From positions 1-64,000 of the forward strand of contig JAHHIK010000007.1 of the NCBI GenBank assembly GCA_019358935.1: a stretch of DNA of 64,000 nucleotides, given 5' to 3'. A program made the translations under genes and the position numbers. The DNA comes from Tolypothrix carrinoi HA7290-LM1. Lineage in GTDB: Bacteria; Cyanobacteriota; Cyanobacteriia; Cyanobacteriales; Nostocaceae. This document shows positions 31,781 to 42,535 of the stretch, piece after piece. Positions within the stretch are counted from its first letter, which is position 1, and each line of letters opens with the position of its first letter. Below the pieces are notes generated by a model. The model saw only the letters and a program-made list of their open reading frames with translations. It was not told the DNA's origin and made no database searches.

Positions 31781-31956
31781 TATATCAATAATTTAACAAT
31801 CGCTATATTCTTCGGCAGATTCGTACTTCAGCAATGAGTCGCTCAAAACTTCGTTAACAGTGCGTTGCAACTCGATAATAATCAATAAGAAATCTGTAAC
31901 TAGTTGATTGTTTTTCCCGTCGCGATGTTCGCACCATTTTTGATAAGCGCGATTCC

Positions 31957-33333
31957 TTAGAGCATCAGCGTCAAGTTTCCGGCATTTGCGGAACCTAGAG
32001 TCCTAGCCAACAAGCTGCTGGGAAAACCTGTGGCTGAGGTTCCAATTAGCTCTATGGACTCGGAGGCATTCACGGTCAAATTCCCTCCATTTCCTGTAGC
32101 TGGTGTAAATTGTGAATTCCGTATAAATCCACTAGAATCTGTTGATACCTCTGCCCCATCTTGAATACGCAGTCTACCAGTGTTGATCGTTATGTCACCT
32201 GCCTTACCGGCAGCGCTGGTAAAACTAGACAATGCACTGGGCTGGGTTTGAGAAGTCTTTGGATCTATAAAGCTACCAATTAAGTCTACAGACCTGGAGG
32301 CGTTCACTGTCAATCTTCCTCCCGCACCGAATCCAATAGTATTAGATAAAACTTGTGCGCCATCCCGAACAATTAATTTCTCACTAGTAATCGTTAAGTC
32401 TCCACCATCTCCGACACCCCTAGCCTGACTTCTCAAGCGCGTATTATAACCAATTAGTTCGACATCTCTACCTTGTACCTGGATATTACCTGAGCTGCCA
32501 TCTCTGTTATTGGCATCTACTTGTGATGGAATCTGAGAACTGTCAACAGCTCGCAGTCTTAATTGAATGTTTTGGAAATTCTGAACCCCAGAATAGCCCA
32601 AAACCCAGCCTTGGTTTATTGGGTTAAGACTGACCAAACTATCAAGAGCGACACTTCCTATCTCAATTCGTCCCGACGGTGCTGTTAAATTTCCGCCCTC
32701 AAATATCACATCACCGCCTACAAGTGCTAAGGTTTTGCCTGTTGGCACCTGTAGACCAACGGGGAATCCAAAACTATTGATTGCCCCACCTGGACTAGCT
32801 TGAGATTGGTTGCGGATGGGTGCCGCAGTTGCTCCGAATTGTAAGCCAATAGGAACACTTACTGTCAGCAGGGGTGCGGTTATTGTATCTGTAGCACTAA
32901 ACTTAGTACCATCGGCAAAATTCAAACTAGCGGCTGTACTTGCTACAAATGAACCACCGATGTTGAGGGAAGCATTGGAACCAAAAATAATCCCGTTGGG
33001 ATTAATCAAAAACACGTTGGCTGTGCCGTTGGCTCGGAGTATGCCATCAATATTAGAAGTAGACTGACCCGTTACCCGGCTAATAATGTTCTGAATATCG
33101 AAGGCATTGTTAAAGTAAGCCGCACTTCCAGTAGGTACGGAAAACATCTCAAAACTGTGGAAAAGATTGCCCCCAAATCGGGTTCCACCTTCAATAATTC
33201 TTATGTTGTCTTGTGTTGTAATGCGAGAATTGTTAGGTAGAGTAACATCTGGGACAATTTGGGCAATAGCACAGCTTTCCCAGAAAGCTATTGCACCAAC
33301 TATTACAATTCCTAGCCCTTTAAACCTGCCCAA
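31957..33333 (-). pseudogene. Filamentous haemagglutinin (TpsA-like) N-terminal domain protein, apparently C-terminally truncated
   Basis: Signal peptide, NLFHSF, NIISRVTG, NPNGIIFG TPS motif, beta-helix repeats ending abruptly mid-repeat. Confidence 0.8.
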
Positions 33334-33650
33334 AAGAATGCTGATAGTGCAACCCCTCCATGCTCTCTTCTCTGTTGCTGAATAACAGTAACTCTGTACC
33401 TATATTACTCCCTTCCCGGTGTTCAATTGAGGAACCACATTAGCTGTGTCATATTGGTCTCAAATCAACTGAAAATGATTCGACATCTCCAGAAAAGACG
33501 TAGAGACGTAGCACTTGGTAGTCTCTTGGGTTCGGGCAACGCATAATTAATTTCTACGCCTATGTCTATTGCCTACCATACAGTAGGCACGCGCTTGCCC
33601 TCTTATGCTTACTGTAATTAAGTTTTAGCAGTCGCCCTAAATTCTGTCTA

Positions 33651-33680
33651 TTCCTGTGATAAAGATTTTTATCACAGGAA
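33651..33680. promoter_or_regulatory. 13-bp perfect inverted repeat, candidate operator
   Basis: TTCCTGTGATAAA-GATT-TTTATCACAGGAA. Confidence 0.5.
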
Positions 33681-33891
33681 AAATACGCTCAAAGCCTGAA
33701 TTCGGGCGTGAGAATGAAGCATTGAATCCGGTTGAAATTTTATCCTGATCACTTTCCATCAGTCAGAGCGCGTACATTTTGGTGACAATGCTCAAAGCAC
33801 GCGAATTATAGCTACCGTTGCGCCTTTATTCTTTCTTTTAAACTAGATTGGTAGTAAATTAGTCAATACGTCTGGTTTAATCGAGAGGTAT

Positions 33892-34047
33892 TCAGCAACT
33901 TATACAGTTTCCAAACTCATCCGCGCAGCAAGGCTTTCCTAGAAGCTCTTGCTTTTCAGGCACCTTGCCGAAGTTAGACTTCTTCTGGCTCTCACTTGTT
34001 TGCTGCTTAATCTCGTCTTTTGACTGCTGTATTTTTTGAGAATCCAT
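33892..34047 (-). CDS. 51-aa Cys-rich peptide missing from the ORF track
   Basis: My translation: MDSQKIQQSKDEIKQQTSESQKKSNFGKVPEKQELLGKPCCADEFGNCISC*; AGGAG RBS upstream; C-terminus shared with 31489-31698. Confidence 0.72.
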   Translation of the reverse strand: MDSQKIQQSKDEIKQQTSESQKKSNFGKVPEKQELLGKPCCADEFGNCISC

Positions 34048-34572
34048 GACTTTTTTTCTCCTAGCAATATAGTAGATTTATGGAAATGCATAGTACCAAT
34101 GATGGTGCATGGTACTGTCTGTTAACCGAGCGGAGCTTTGAGTAGCAGTCGAACTAACAATTGAGTGAAGTAAGTTCAACTTTTTCCTTCTGCATTCTTA
34201 ATAGGTTTAATTGAAATAAACTTATGCATTTAGAAAAAATGCCTTACATTGGCACGAGCGATCGCTCGATCGCTGGTGATGGTGCGACTGGGGGACACTC
34301 GTCGCAAGCTATGAGGCGCTCACTCTCCGTTACAAGTGCCTTACTTGCCGTTTCTCAAGCATATCCCCACCCACAGCACTGCCCGTCGCCAAAATCTACA
34401 CCAATTGCTTGCAAGGCATACTTGTACTTATCAAAAATACAAATGCTTGACTTCAAGTTCTTCACTGGGAGCAACTTGAATTGAGCGACAAAATTCTTCA
34501 GAAGAAAGCATTTAGCACAAAACTATTCGTTCTTCCTTAACAACTTAAATTATGATGTAGGCGCAATAAAAG

Positions 34573-37500
34573 CTAATCTTTCCCTCTTTTGTTAAGAAAG
34601 GCTAACCTTTCCCTCTCCGATTGAGAAAGCAATGCCCAAGCCACTTGCCTCTCCTGAAGTTCATAAAGTTCAAGAAAATCCACAACCAATTCCCACGAGT
34701 CGCACCCACATAGAATTTCAGGCATACTCAATTCAAATTCTACTATTTGTTGCGAGTCGCGGTTTAGCCGAATTTCCTCCAACTGTTCTTTATCCACAGC
34801 CGGTTCGACTTTTATAAGCTTATTAACCAAATGCGGATTTTCTAACGGGTCTAAATCCGGTACAAAAACTGTCCCCGACTGGCTGGAGATATAGTATTTC
34901 TTATATCTTTGGCTAGTTGGGGACAGTTTTGGGGGTTCAAAAAATCTCTTGTCAATCGCCTCTAACACAAAACGTGTCGTGTCGTCAAGTTGAGGTAAGG
35001 TGGTAGGGTCAAAGTGGTAGAAATACTTTCTTTCCCCCCCTCCAACACGATGGCGATCGCGCACTATGACAACACCAATTTTCGACAAAACTCGTCTTAG
35101 CAAGTAAACCGGATCGCTATCAGCATCAGCATTAATCGCCAACACAGCACGCAGTTTGTAAGAATTTTTTACACAAACCCGTTTAAAATCAACAATTAAT
35201 TCCTCATCAGCAGTCCAATGCCCAAGTTTTCTACTCAACTTATCAACCAAAGAAGGCACACCCAAATCACACAGCACGCTTGCTTGCATTGCACGGGAGC
35301 GCATATCCCAAATCTCATCACCGTAGTTAAGGGATTTTAGCCAGCGCTCAACATCAAACATTTTTTGTTTGTCCAGATTGGACATAGCCCAGCGTAATTC
35401 CAGCTGACTGATATAATCTGGGTCTTTAAAGTGTTTTTCGTATATAAAATCAGCATCAAAATCAAAACCTGGTAATCTATGTTTTAAAATTGCTTTTGTA
35501 GCTTTGTGTCTATCCTCTGGTGTTAGCATCATCGATTCCCAAAGCTTTAGAGCTTGCTGATAACTTATATCTTCCGCTTCATAGATAGATGAAGATTCCT
35601 CTTTTAGCCATTCGTCGCGAGCTTCATTAATCTTCTTAAAAGACTCGTAAACTTGCATAGGCATTTCTGAAGCGTTATGTCCTATATTCTGTAAATCTCG
35701 AATCAGCGATTCTCGCAAATTAGCACGACTGTGATTATCAAGTGCTGTATAGCTACAAACAGCTTTAAAATGTGGTGATTGCCACTTATTAGAAGTAAAA
35801 TTCATCAATTGTTCCAGATTGTCAATAATACTAGTAGCCTCGTTTTTGTCAGGTAAATAATTGCAGATTCCCAACAAATCTATAGCTTGTTGGTGGTTGT
35901 TAAAATAATTGCGAGCCACAACTTCTGGAAGCGGAGAGCGAGAAGCGTGATTATCCAAGAGAGAATAAGTTTTGCAGAAGACAATTCGCTCTACAGGCTG
36001 TCTGTACCGTGCCAACATCTGCATAATTTGACGGTGGTTTATCACCCCAAAAAATGTACCGTACACCCGCTCAAAATAAGGAAGAGTAATATCTAAGCTA
36101 CTTTCAGCAGTAGGAGATATCAATACTACTTGCGGTTTATTTTCTGCTAAATACTCGTTGGGTTTTTGCAGGAAACTGTTAACAGCATGGCTTGTCTCTG
36201 GGTCAGCTTTTGTCATGCTATCAACTCGTAAAACATCAAGATTAAAAGACTCTAAAACGCTTTGTAAACCAACTAAGTTGCGTTGTGCGTCACTGACAAT
36301 TAGCAATTTATTGCCAAGAGCAGCATCATAAACAAGTCCTTTCTCAAAGCCCCCACGAGCATTTTTCATTTCACGGACTTTACCACTTTTAAATACTTTC
36401 TTTTCGCCACCATATACGCTTACCTTCCATGCTGGAACTTGTCCTTTGTTCCAAATTCCAAATATGTTTTTCCCAGAAATTTCTTGTAAATATTTAGAAG
36501 AAATTGCAGTTAGGTCAGCGTCGAAACAGAAGATATAATCAGCTTCACGTATCAGGCGAACAAAACTTTCAATAATAATCTTGCGACGCTTGCGGCAGGT
36601 GCTTCCTGCTAGCATCTGCTGCAAGAGTTTATCGACTTCTTCGAGGATTAAGACTTTTCGGGATGATAATAAAAAGCAAGAATCAACACAAGCAGCAATC
36701 CAAGAACAAACCGAGCGCAACTTTTTATTTAAACGCTTGTCGTCAGTGGAAATATCATGGAGGTGAATGACTTTATCTTGAGATTTTTCACAAAATTGTT
36801 GTAGTAAAGAATTACGGTAAGATAATACGGTTCCTTGACTAAAATGTTCGACAATTTTGAGGGCAAGTGTAGATTTACCAGTTGCCATTCCCGATTTCAA
36901 AAGATAAACACCTTTGGCGAGATTATTGAGGTTTAAGTTAAGGAATCTCTCTGATTTTATCGAATCTGCCCACGGGGAGAAATCTTCTAAATATTGTTGC
37001 GCTGCTTGAACTCGTTCTTTATAATCACCAAAGTTAAGTTGTTTAGAGTCAAACCAATTATCCTCTGACTGGAGTCCACCATGCTCACGGGCATACGCTA
37101 GGAATTGCTGCCAACTGATATAATCAATTTCGGTAAAGAGCGGCAGTTCGTCGATATCCTGGTGCTGTTCCTTATCAATTTGTCCCCACCAACCAACACG
37201 GACGAATAACCCCAGGCTGTGGAAGAATTCGTATTGACGAATCCAGCGACGCATTACTTGGGGGTTTTTCACGTCCCCGGCATCTGGGCAGATGTTGATT
37301 GTGTGGATAATTTTGGTAGTGATTAGTTCTTGAAATTGCTCTCCAGATCCGCTAAAATTGCCACCGGCTGCCCCAACAAACAGTTTGTTAAAATGTATAG
37401 CAGCAATTAATGGTTTGGGCAATCCTTCAGCTACAAAAGCCTCCCCACCAAATTCCTCTCCTGTCCAGGAGCAATCGGAGCTAAAAATAGCAAAGCCAGG

Positions 37501-38175
37501 GATAATGGTAATGGGCAGCTCGCCATTTTGTAGATGTGAGGATTTATAGCCCTTGGGCCATCTGTACTTACCTCCATCTGGAGAGCCATCTAATCGATAC
37601 TGCCCGCCAGCAATTAATCCTTCGAGGGTGAAGGCAGGCATAAAGATTGCACTATCAGCAACCGCAAGGGAGCCACTACGCACGCCAGGATAATTCGAGG
37701 GAAACAAAGCTGGTAGTTTTTCGCGAGGACTTACGCTGAAAAATCCCGATAAATTAATTTGCTCATCACTTAAACCCCTTGCTCTAAGGGAATCTCTGTG
37801 ACGGCTGGATAAGCCGAAGTATTTGTGAAGCTGCCGAGCGTATTTATCAATTTCCTGTATGGAGAGCTTGCTCTTAGCCTCAGCTGCCTTCTCCTCTCGA
37901 CGGCGGCGCTCTTTCTCCTCACGCCACTCCGGATGCTGTGAAGAGTAATGGCTGCCATCAGAACGTTCCGCAACCAAAATTCCCCAAAATGCGCCACCGT
38001 TGACATCCTTAAGATAGCGCCAGCCCGGTATCGATTGATGGGTGTGCAGACACAGCACCATTGAAAAGTCGCTTTTTACTTGGCAATCGTGTTTTTGCCC
38101 ACTACAAGCAGGGCAAGAGAAAGTGCGACTCGTGCGGATAAAATCTTTTTTGTTGTAATTTGGTGATGCTACCAT
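34573..38175 (-). CDS. Plasmid replication protein, CyRepA-type primase-helicase
   Basis: N-terminal CPAC...C Zn motif, KYRW, AEG..KP and PDAG TOPRIM-like motifs, SGMATGKS Walker A, LILEE, DADL, QMLARYR. Confidence 0.8.
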   Translation of the reverse strand: MVASPNYNKKDFIRTSRTFSCPACSGQKHDCQVKSDFSMVLCLHTHQSIPGWRYLKDVNGGAFWGILVAERSDGSHYSSQHPEWREEKERRRREEKAAEAKSKLSIQEIDKYARQLHKYFGLSSRHRDSLRARGLSDEQINLSGFFSVSPREKLPALFPSNYPGVRSGSLAVADSAIFMPAFTLEGLIAGGQYRLDGSPDGGKYRWPKGYKSSHLQNGELPITIIPGFAIFSSDCSWTGEEFGGEAFVAEGLPKPLIAAIHFNKLFVGAAGGNFSGSGEQFQELITTKIIHTINICPDAGDVKNPQVMRRWIRQYEFFHSLGLFVRVGWWGQIDKEQHQDIDELPLFTEIDYISWQQFLAYAREHGGLQSEDNWFDSKQLNFGDYKERVQAAQQYLEDFSPWADSIKSERFLNLNLNNLAKGVYLLKSGMATGKSTLALKIVEHFSQGTVLSYRNSLLQQFCEKSQDKVIHLHDISTDDKRLNKKLRSVCSWIAACVDSCFLLSSRKVLILEEVDKLLQQMLAGSTCRKRRKIIIESFVRLIREADYIFCFDADLTAISSKYLQEISGKNIFGIWNKGQVPAWKVSVYGGEKKVFKSGKVREMKNARGGFEKGLVYDAALGNKLLIVSDAQRNLVGLQSVLESFNLDVLRVDSMTKADPETSHAVNSFLQKPNEYLAENKPQVVLISPTAESSLDITLPYFERVYGTFFGVINHRQIMQMLARYRQPVERIVFCKTYSLLDNHASRSPLPEVVARNYFNNHQQAIDLLGICNYLPDKNEATSIIDNLEQLMNFTSNKWQSPHFKAVCSYTALDNHSRANLRESLIRDLQNIGHNASEMPMQVYESFKKINEARDEWLKEESSSIYEAEDISYQQALKLWESMMLTPEDRHKATKAILKHRLPGFDFDADFIYEKHFKDPDYISQLELRWAMSNLDKQKMFDVERWLKSLNYGDEIWDMRSRAMQASVLCDLGVPSLVDKLSRKLGHWTADEELIVDFKRVCVKNSYKLRAVLAINADADSDPVYLLRRVLSKIGVVIVRDRHRVGGGERKYFYHFDPTTLPQLDDTTRFVLEAIDKRFFEPPKLSPTSQRYKKYYISSQSGTVFVPDLDPLENPHLVNKLIKVEPAVDKEQLEEIRLNRDSQQIVEFELSMPEILCGCDSWELVVDFLELYELQERQVAWALLSQSERERLAFLNKRGKD

Positions 38176-39002
38176 TTTCTATCTCCAGGCAGTTGACTTG
38201 CCTCGTGGAGAGAGAACCTGCTTGCTATCTGTCAAGTATTTGTATTGGTGGGTAGAGTTCTTTCGTCGGTTGAGTTGAAATAGCTGTAACAATAATTAAG
38301 CTGTAAAGTCCTTATCCTGTATAGATATCAAAGAATCAAGCATTTTATTTGTTACAATTTTTTTATCTCAATACTGACATGGTTCAAATATTGGCAGATT
38401 GGCTTTAGTTGAGCCAAGTGAGTAAGCCAAGCCTCTCTCTTACGAGAAGGATTGTTTGCTCTAAGGGTTACTCACTTGGGTAAATCTAATCGAGCAAATG
38501 AAGCCCAAGCTCTTCAAGTACAGCTTGCGGCTTGGAACTTTTTCCTGCCAACCTTTAACGTATATTCGTTTTGAGCCTAGAAATGGTGCTAAAAGACTCG
38601 AAGCTGGAATATTGTTGAAAACTATTAAGTACGAATCTCTAATCCTCTGCCAGGTCTTGTGTTCTGGGGGCAGCGGTAGATTTTTCGATTGGTTTTGAGC
38701 GAAATCAATGCGAAGAAGAGTAGATGAGCGTGTTCTAGACATATCAACCTAATTTGTTGGGAGTCAGGTCGAACAACACCACACCACTTCCGAAGCAACC
38801 CAACAAAAAAGGTGTACACTAGAGTTAGAAAAAAACATAAACATAAATGATCTGGGTTGTTGGGCAATGCTTGCTTCGTTTGTGGTGACGACTGTTATTT
38901 GTTGTTACTGTCGTTGGTGTTGTCCTCCCCTTTTTTTTACAGGTACTATCTATCCATAATAGTACATAAGCAAAAAGAATTAACTATCTTCCCGCTTTAC
39001 TT

Positions 39003-39416
39003 ATGCATTTATCCTACATGAAATTGGCATACAATGATTGCTCTCCGCTTGGGCAATTCATTTTGAAGTATATGCGAGAAGAAGATTTAACTCTTAAAGA
39101 CCTCGCCGCCAAAGCGGGACTGACACGACCAGGGCTGCGGACAATGCTGGAGAAGCACGGAAGCCCTACGGAAACAAGCTTGATAAAACTAGCAGATGCG
39201 ATGAACGTATCACCTCACTTACTTTTCAAGCTTAAGCACCAAAATGAAATAGAAAATCCAATTACACCTGACGCTATTAACTTCTTTATACAAGCTGTAG
39301 AAAAACTTGTCAAAGCTATTAGAGAAGCAACAAAAGACCTTCCAGAAGAAAAGCGTCCTGATAATGACGAAATTTTATTACTCGCGGTAAAGACAGCAAG
39401 AATGATTAACTACTAA
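39003..39416 (+). CDS. XRE-family HTH transcriptional regulator
   Basis: LTLKDLAAKAGLTRPGL...PTETSLIKLADAM; divergent from the rep gene. Confidence 0.8.
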   Translation: MHLSYMKLAYNDCSPLGQFILKYMREEDLTLKDLAAKAGLTRPGLRTMLEKHGSPTETSLIKLADAMNVSPHLLFKLKHQNEIENPITPDAINFFIQAVEKLVKAIREATKDLPEEKRPDNDEILLLAVKTARMINY

Positions 39417-39702
39417 AAATAATACGCACTTAATCCCTAAAATTGTCCGTAAATTTTGGGGATTTTTATTTTTAATTTCAAAACCACTAACTTTATATCA
39501 ACAACATTGTGTAGCTTTTAAGGGTTTTCAAGCCCGGAATACCGGAAATTGCACGCTTATAGGCAAGGGAGCATATATGCTTTTGATGCGATCGCAATCT
39601 AAAACAAAGTAGATAGCAGAACAAGAAAGGTAGCTTGCAACGAGAATATAGCGGAAGCGATAGCAATAGACGCGGGATTGATATTAGCAGAGTTCATAAA
39701 AG

Positions 39703-39909
39703 TTAAGAATTGTCGCTACTTTTTTCTTCAGGATATTTAAGTCTGCCTTCTTTTTCAGCTATTTCAACGTCTCTACGCAACAGATAAGCAGCTAAATCGG
39801 CTAGACTGGTGCCTTCAATGTCAGCCCATCTCTGCAATTTTTCATGAGTTAAATCTGGAATAGAAACACTTACTCTCTTAGTCACTGCAAGCTTTTTATT
39901 AATTTTCAT
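39703..39909 (-). CDS. Ribbon-helix-helix (CopG/Arc-like) protein
   Basis: KRVSVSIPDLTHEKLQRWADIEGTSLADLAAYLL. Confidence 0.85.
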   Translation of the reverse strand: MKINKKLAVTKRVSVSIPDLTHEKLQRWADIEGTSLADLAAYLLRRDVEIAEKEGRLKYPEEKSSDNS

Positions 39910-40415
39910 GTTCCATACTACTTCTAACGGTGGAATTATGTTGCTGTTAATTTAGCATTAAAAAGCTGCTATATAGCATCTATTATGCTAAAGTATCAAA
40001 TATCGGCTGACTCAGTTTTCAGGCTAAAGAGAAAGCGTAATTGCCAGTGCAAGCGCCCAACCTCATACACACCAAAGCTTTCAGCAAGAAGGAGGCAAAT
40101 TTCTCAAGATGCGAAAAATCCCGACAGAAAAAATCAAATCATCCTTATGAAAAACCTCACCCTAAAAGGTGCGTAGGTAATGCAGGCTATCCCCAACCAG
40201 AAAACAACAGATTGTAAATCTTCATTTCATCGGGTGCATTTGTCAGCAGCAATGAATCATCGCTGCGGTTCGTAAAGAAATGTGACTTTCACAGCCTGCT
40301 GATATCACTCACAGAAAAATGCGTGCTTGCACCTGTGATTTATGTTTTAGGTGGCACTACACAACCGTGCAAGAAAAAGAAGTAGTTTTCAATACTTACA
40401 TGAGGACTTACTTAG

Positions 40416-40880
40416 ATGAGAAAACTAGACCAAAAAGAGGCACGAGAGTTATTTGAGGAAGTATTCGGAAAGCGAATAAGCGATGCAAGCTGGTACAGAT
40501 TAAAGCCTGTTTTTGGGAAAGATTTTCCCCTGACGAAGCAGAATGTTATTTGGCTAGCTGAAATTAAAAAACAACTTCCCAAATGCAATTTGAGACTTGT
40601 ACCAATTGTCAATTTGGTAAAGCAAGCGAACGAATTAATTGCAGGTCGTGAATCAAGAATTAGTGGGAAAGATTTACTTGAACTCTTCGAGCAACACCAA
40701 ATTACAATTCACCCTAACACGCTTACAAAATGGTTTCGTCCGCTTAATGGGTTTCGCCAAACTCGAATTTATTTATTGCAGGAATTGTACCCGGTAATTC
40801 TCGCAGCACACACTTACAAACTCCGGAGGGAGATAAACAACGTTATCCAGTATGAACGTAAAAGCAAGTTAGAAGAATAA
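40416..40880 (+). CDS. Hypothetical protein, possibly tandem HTH-like
   Basis: GAGG RBS; two HTH-like segments ISDASWYRLK and IHPNTLTKWFR; first gene of operon. Confidence 0.7.
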   Translation: MRKLDQKEARELFEEVFGKRISDASWYRLKPVFGKDFPLTKQNVIWLAEIKKQLPKCNLRLVPIVNLVKQANELIAGRESRISGKDLLELFEQHQITIHPNTLTKWFRPLNGFRQTRIYLLQELYPVILAAHTYKLRREINNVIQYERKSKLEE

Positions 40881-40885
40881 GAATT

Positions 40886-41614
40886 ATGAAAGATTACATC
40901 AAGTTAATCCAAGGACGGCTAACCAGGCAAGGCATCAAACAATCACGGTCGGTTTTAAGGAATGCCGTGACAGAGTTGGGTTTTGACTATAAAAACTTAG
41001 CTGATGATGTTCATGTAACCAATTTACTACTTGAGAAATTCCAAGCCACAAAAGAAGAAGCTATTGAAGTAACTCAGACAGAACCCATCCAAGACACTGT
41101 ACTAGTCACCGAAACACATACAGTAACAGACACACAAAAGGATGCTCCCTACAATTCTGAACATGTATTCAGCCCACAATATACCACAGAAGATGTATTA
41201 ACCCCTCCAGAAACTTTACTCTCTTCGGAGGAAGTAGAAGAATCAGGAATAGTAGTAAGCGAGGGAGAGAAACACGATTTAATCACGTCTCAGGCATCGG
41301 TTTATGGAATTGAACTGTCAGAGGTAGAAATACTGGAACTAGCATCAAATGTTGGGGATAAGTTTACAGATTATGCTGATTTCGTACAGGAAACAAAGCA
41401 GGTTATTAAGTCCTATGCCGACCAACGTTACGATTCTCTTCTTCGGCAGATAGAGGATACGAGTGAGGATTTAAGGAATCATTTCGAGCATCGGGAAAGG
41501 CAATTGAACCAGAAACTTGCAACAGGATTAGAGGAAATAAATACCTTTTTTCGTGCCCAATCAGCCAAGCGAAAAGAACTATCAAAAGTTATCGCAGCAG
41601 CGTTCAAAACTTAA
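40886..41614 (+). CDS. Acidic hypothetical protein with C-terminal coiled coil
   Basis: 5 bp after previous stop; E/T-rich middle, heptad-like C-terminus. Confidence 0.75.
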   Translation: MKDYIKLIQGRLTRQGIKQSRSVLRNAVTELGFDYKNLADDVHVTNLLLEKFQATKEEAIEVTQTEPIQDTVLVTETHTVTDTQKDAPYNSEHVFSPQYTTEDVLTPPETLLSSEEVEESGIVVSEGEKHDLITSQASVYGIELSEVEILELASNVGDKFTDYADFVQETKQVIKSYADQRYDSLLRQIEDTSEDLRNHFEHRERQLNQKLATGLEEINTFFRAQSAKRKELSKVIAAAFKT

Positions 41615-41765
41615 CCCAAACACCTTTTACCTACTACCAATTGTACTGTTGTTTTTACCGCTATTAATTCAATTGTTGTGGAGTTCCCGACCTTTGACCC
41701 CCAGCCAGCAACGACAAAGGTTAGTCGAACAGGGTTTCATCTGTAAAGGACATTGCAAGGATTAA
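41553..41765 (+). CDS. Small single-pass membrane protein, start uncertain
   Basis: FYLLPIVLLFLPLLIQLLW hydrophobic helix; fills the gap between adjacent genes. Confidence 0.5.
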   Translation: MPNQPSEKNYQKLSQQRSKLNPNTFYLLPIVLLFLPLLIQLLWSSRPLTPSQQRQRLVEQGFICKGHCKD

Positions 41766-41767
41766 TT

Positions 41768-42424
41768 ATGAAAAACAAAGCCAAAGTTCGTGACCACATA
41801 TCAGGCTACGGTAAACAAATAACCAAAGCTACAAATCTTCATTTTGGTATCAACAATGCTTTGATTATCAAAGCCGTAAACGGAGACGAGAAAGCCCTCA
41901 AACAGATTGGCGATATGGGTAAGCTGGGGGAGAGACTAGCTACGTCTATGCCACTTATCCGGGAGAATCTTAAAGCTTATATCGAAGGCACAACCGAATA
42001 CAACACAGCCCTAGCAGATATTTATAAAAGTGGTGGTAAAGGTGCCGCTTCAATCGATAAAGCCGCAGGTGATGTAACTTTAGAGAACACCCGTTATAAC
42101 AACCTGATTTCAGAGTACAAAGCTAGTTTATTTGCCAAACTCGAATCTGAGAACCAACGTCACGATGATGCGCTAGATGTCATCGAGTTACAGGCTTGGA
42201 TAGATACTCAAATGGCTACAGTTAACGCCAAAGCTAGCCTTGAATCTATCAGCAATAAGCCATTTTTAGCGCAGATGAAAGCCGACGCGGATTATGAAGA
42301 TAAAAAGATAAAGCACCTGCTAGAGAATGGTAGTGATTCAGATTTATCACTTATCCCCAAAAAGCATTATTCCACCAACCCAGTAGTAAAACTATGGAAT
42401 GAAATCAGAGATATTTTCAGTTAA
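41768..42424 (+). CDS. Helical/coiled-coil hypothetical protein
   Basis: ATG 2 bp after previous stop; A/K/E-rich. Confidence 0.75.
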   Translation: MKNKAKVRDHISGYGKQITKATNLHFGINNALIIKAVNGDEKALKQIGDMGKLGERLATSMPLIRENLKAYIEGTTEYNTALADIYKSGGKGAASIDKAAGDVTLENTRYNNLISEYKASLFAKLESENQRHDDALDVIELQAWIDTQMATVNAKASLESISNKPFLAQMKADADYEDKKIKHLLENGSDSDLSLIPKKHYSTNPVVKLWNEIRDIFS

Positions 42425-42506
42425 TTAAAACACCTCCAGGCATAATTGTAACTGGAGGATATTTTCAGTTAATTAAAAAACCTCCAGACACAATTGTAAC
42501 TGGAGG
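42410..42506. repeat. 48-bp tandem duplication, each unit with a CCTCCAG...CTGGAGG hairpin
   Basis: Units start at 42410 and 42458 with GATATTTTCAGTTAATTAAAA. Confidence 0.85.
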
Positions 42507-42535
42507 TACAAATAAACAATTCATTGGTTATTTCT

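Noticed and set aside
33651..33680. CRP-type TGTGA-N6-TCACA site
   Set aside because: Spacer is 12 bp, not 6
38461..38867. Small ORFs upstream of the replicase
   Set aside because: Mutually overlapping, no motifs; the region may be origin or regulatory DNA but I found no clear iterons
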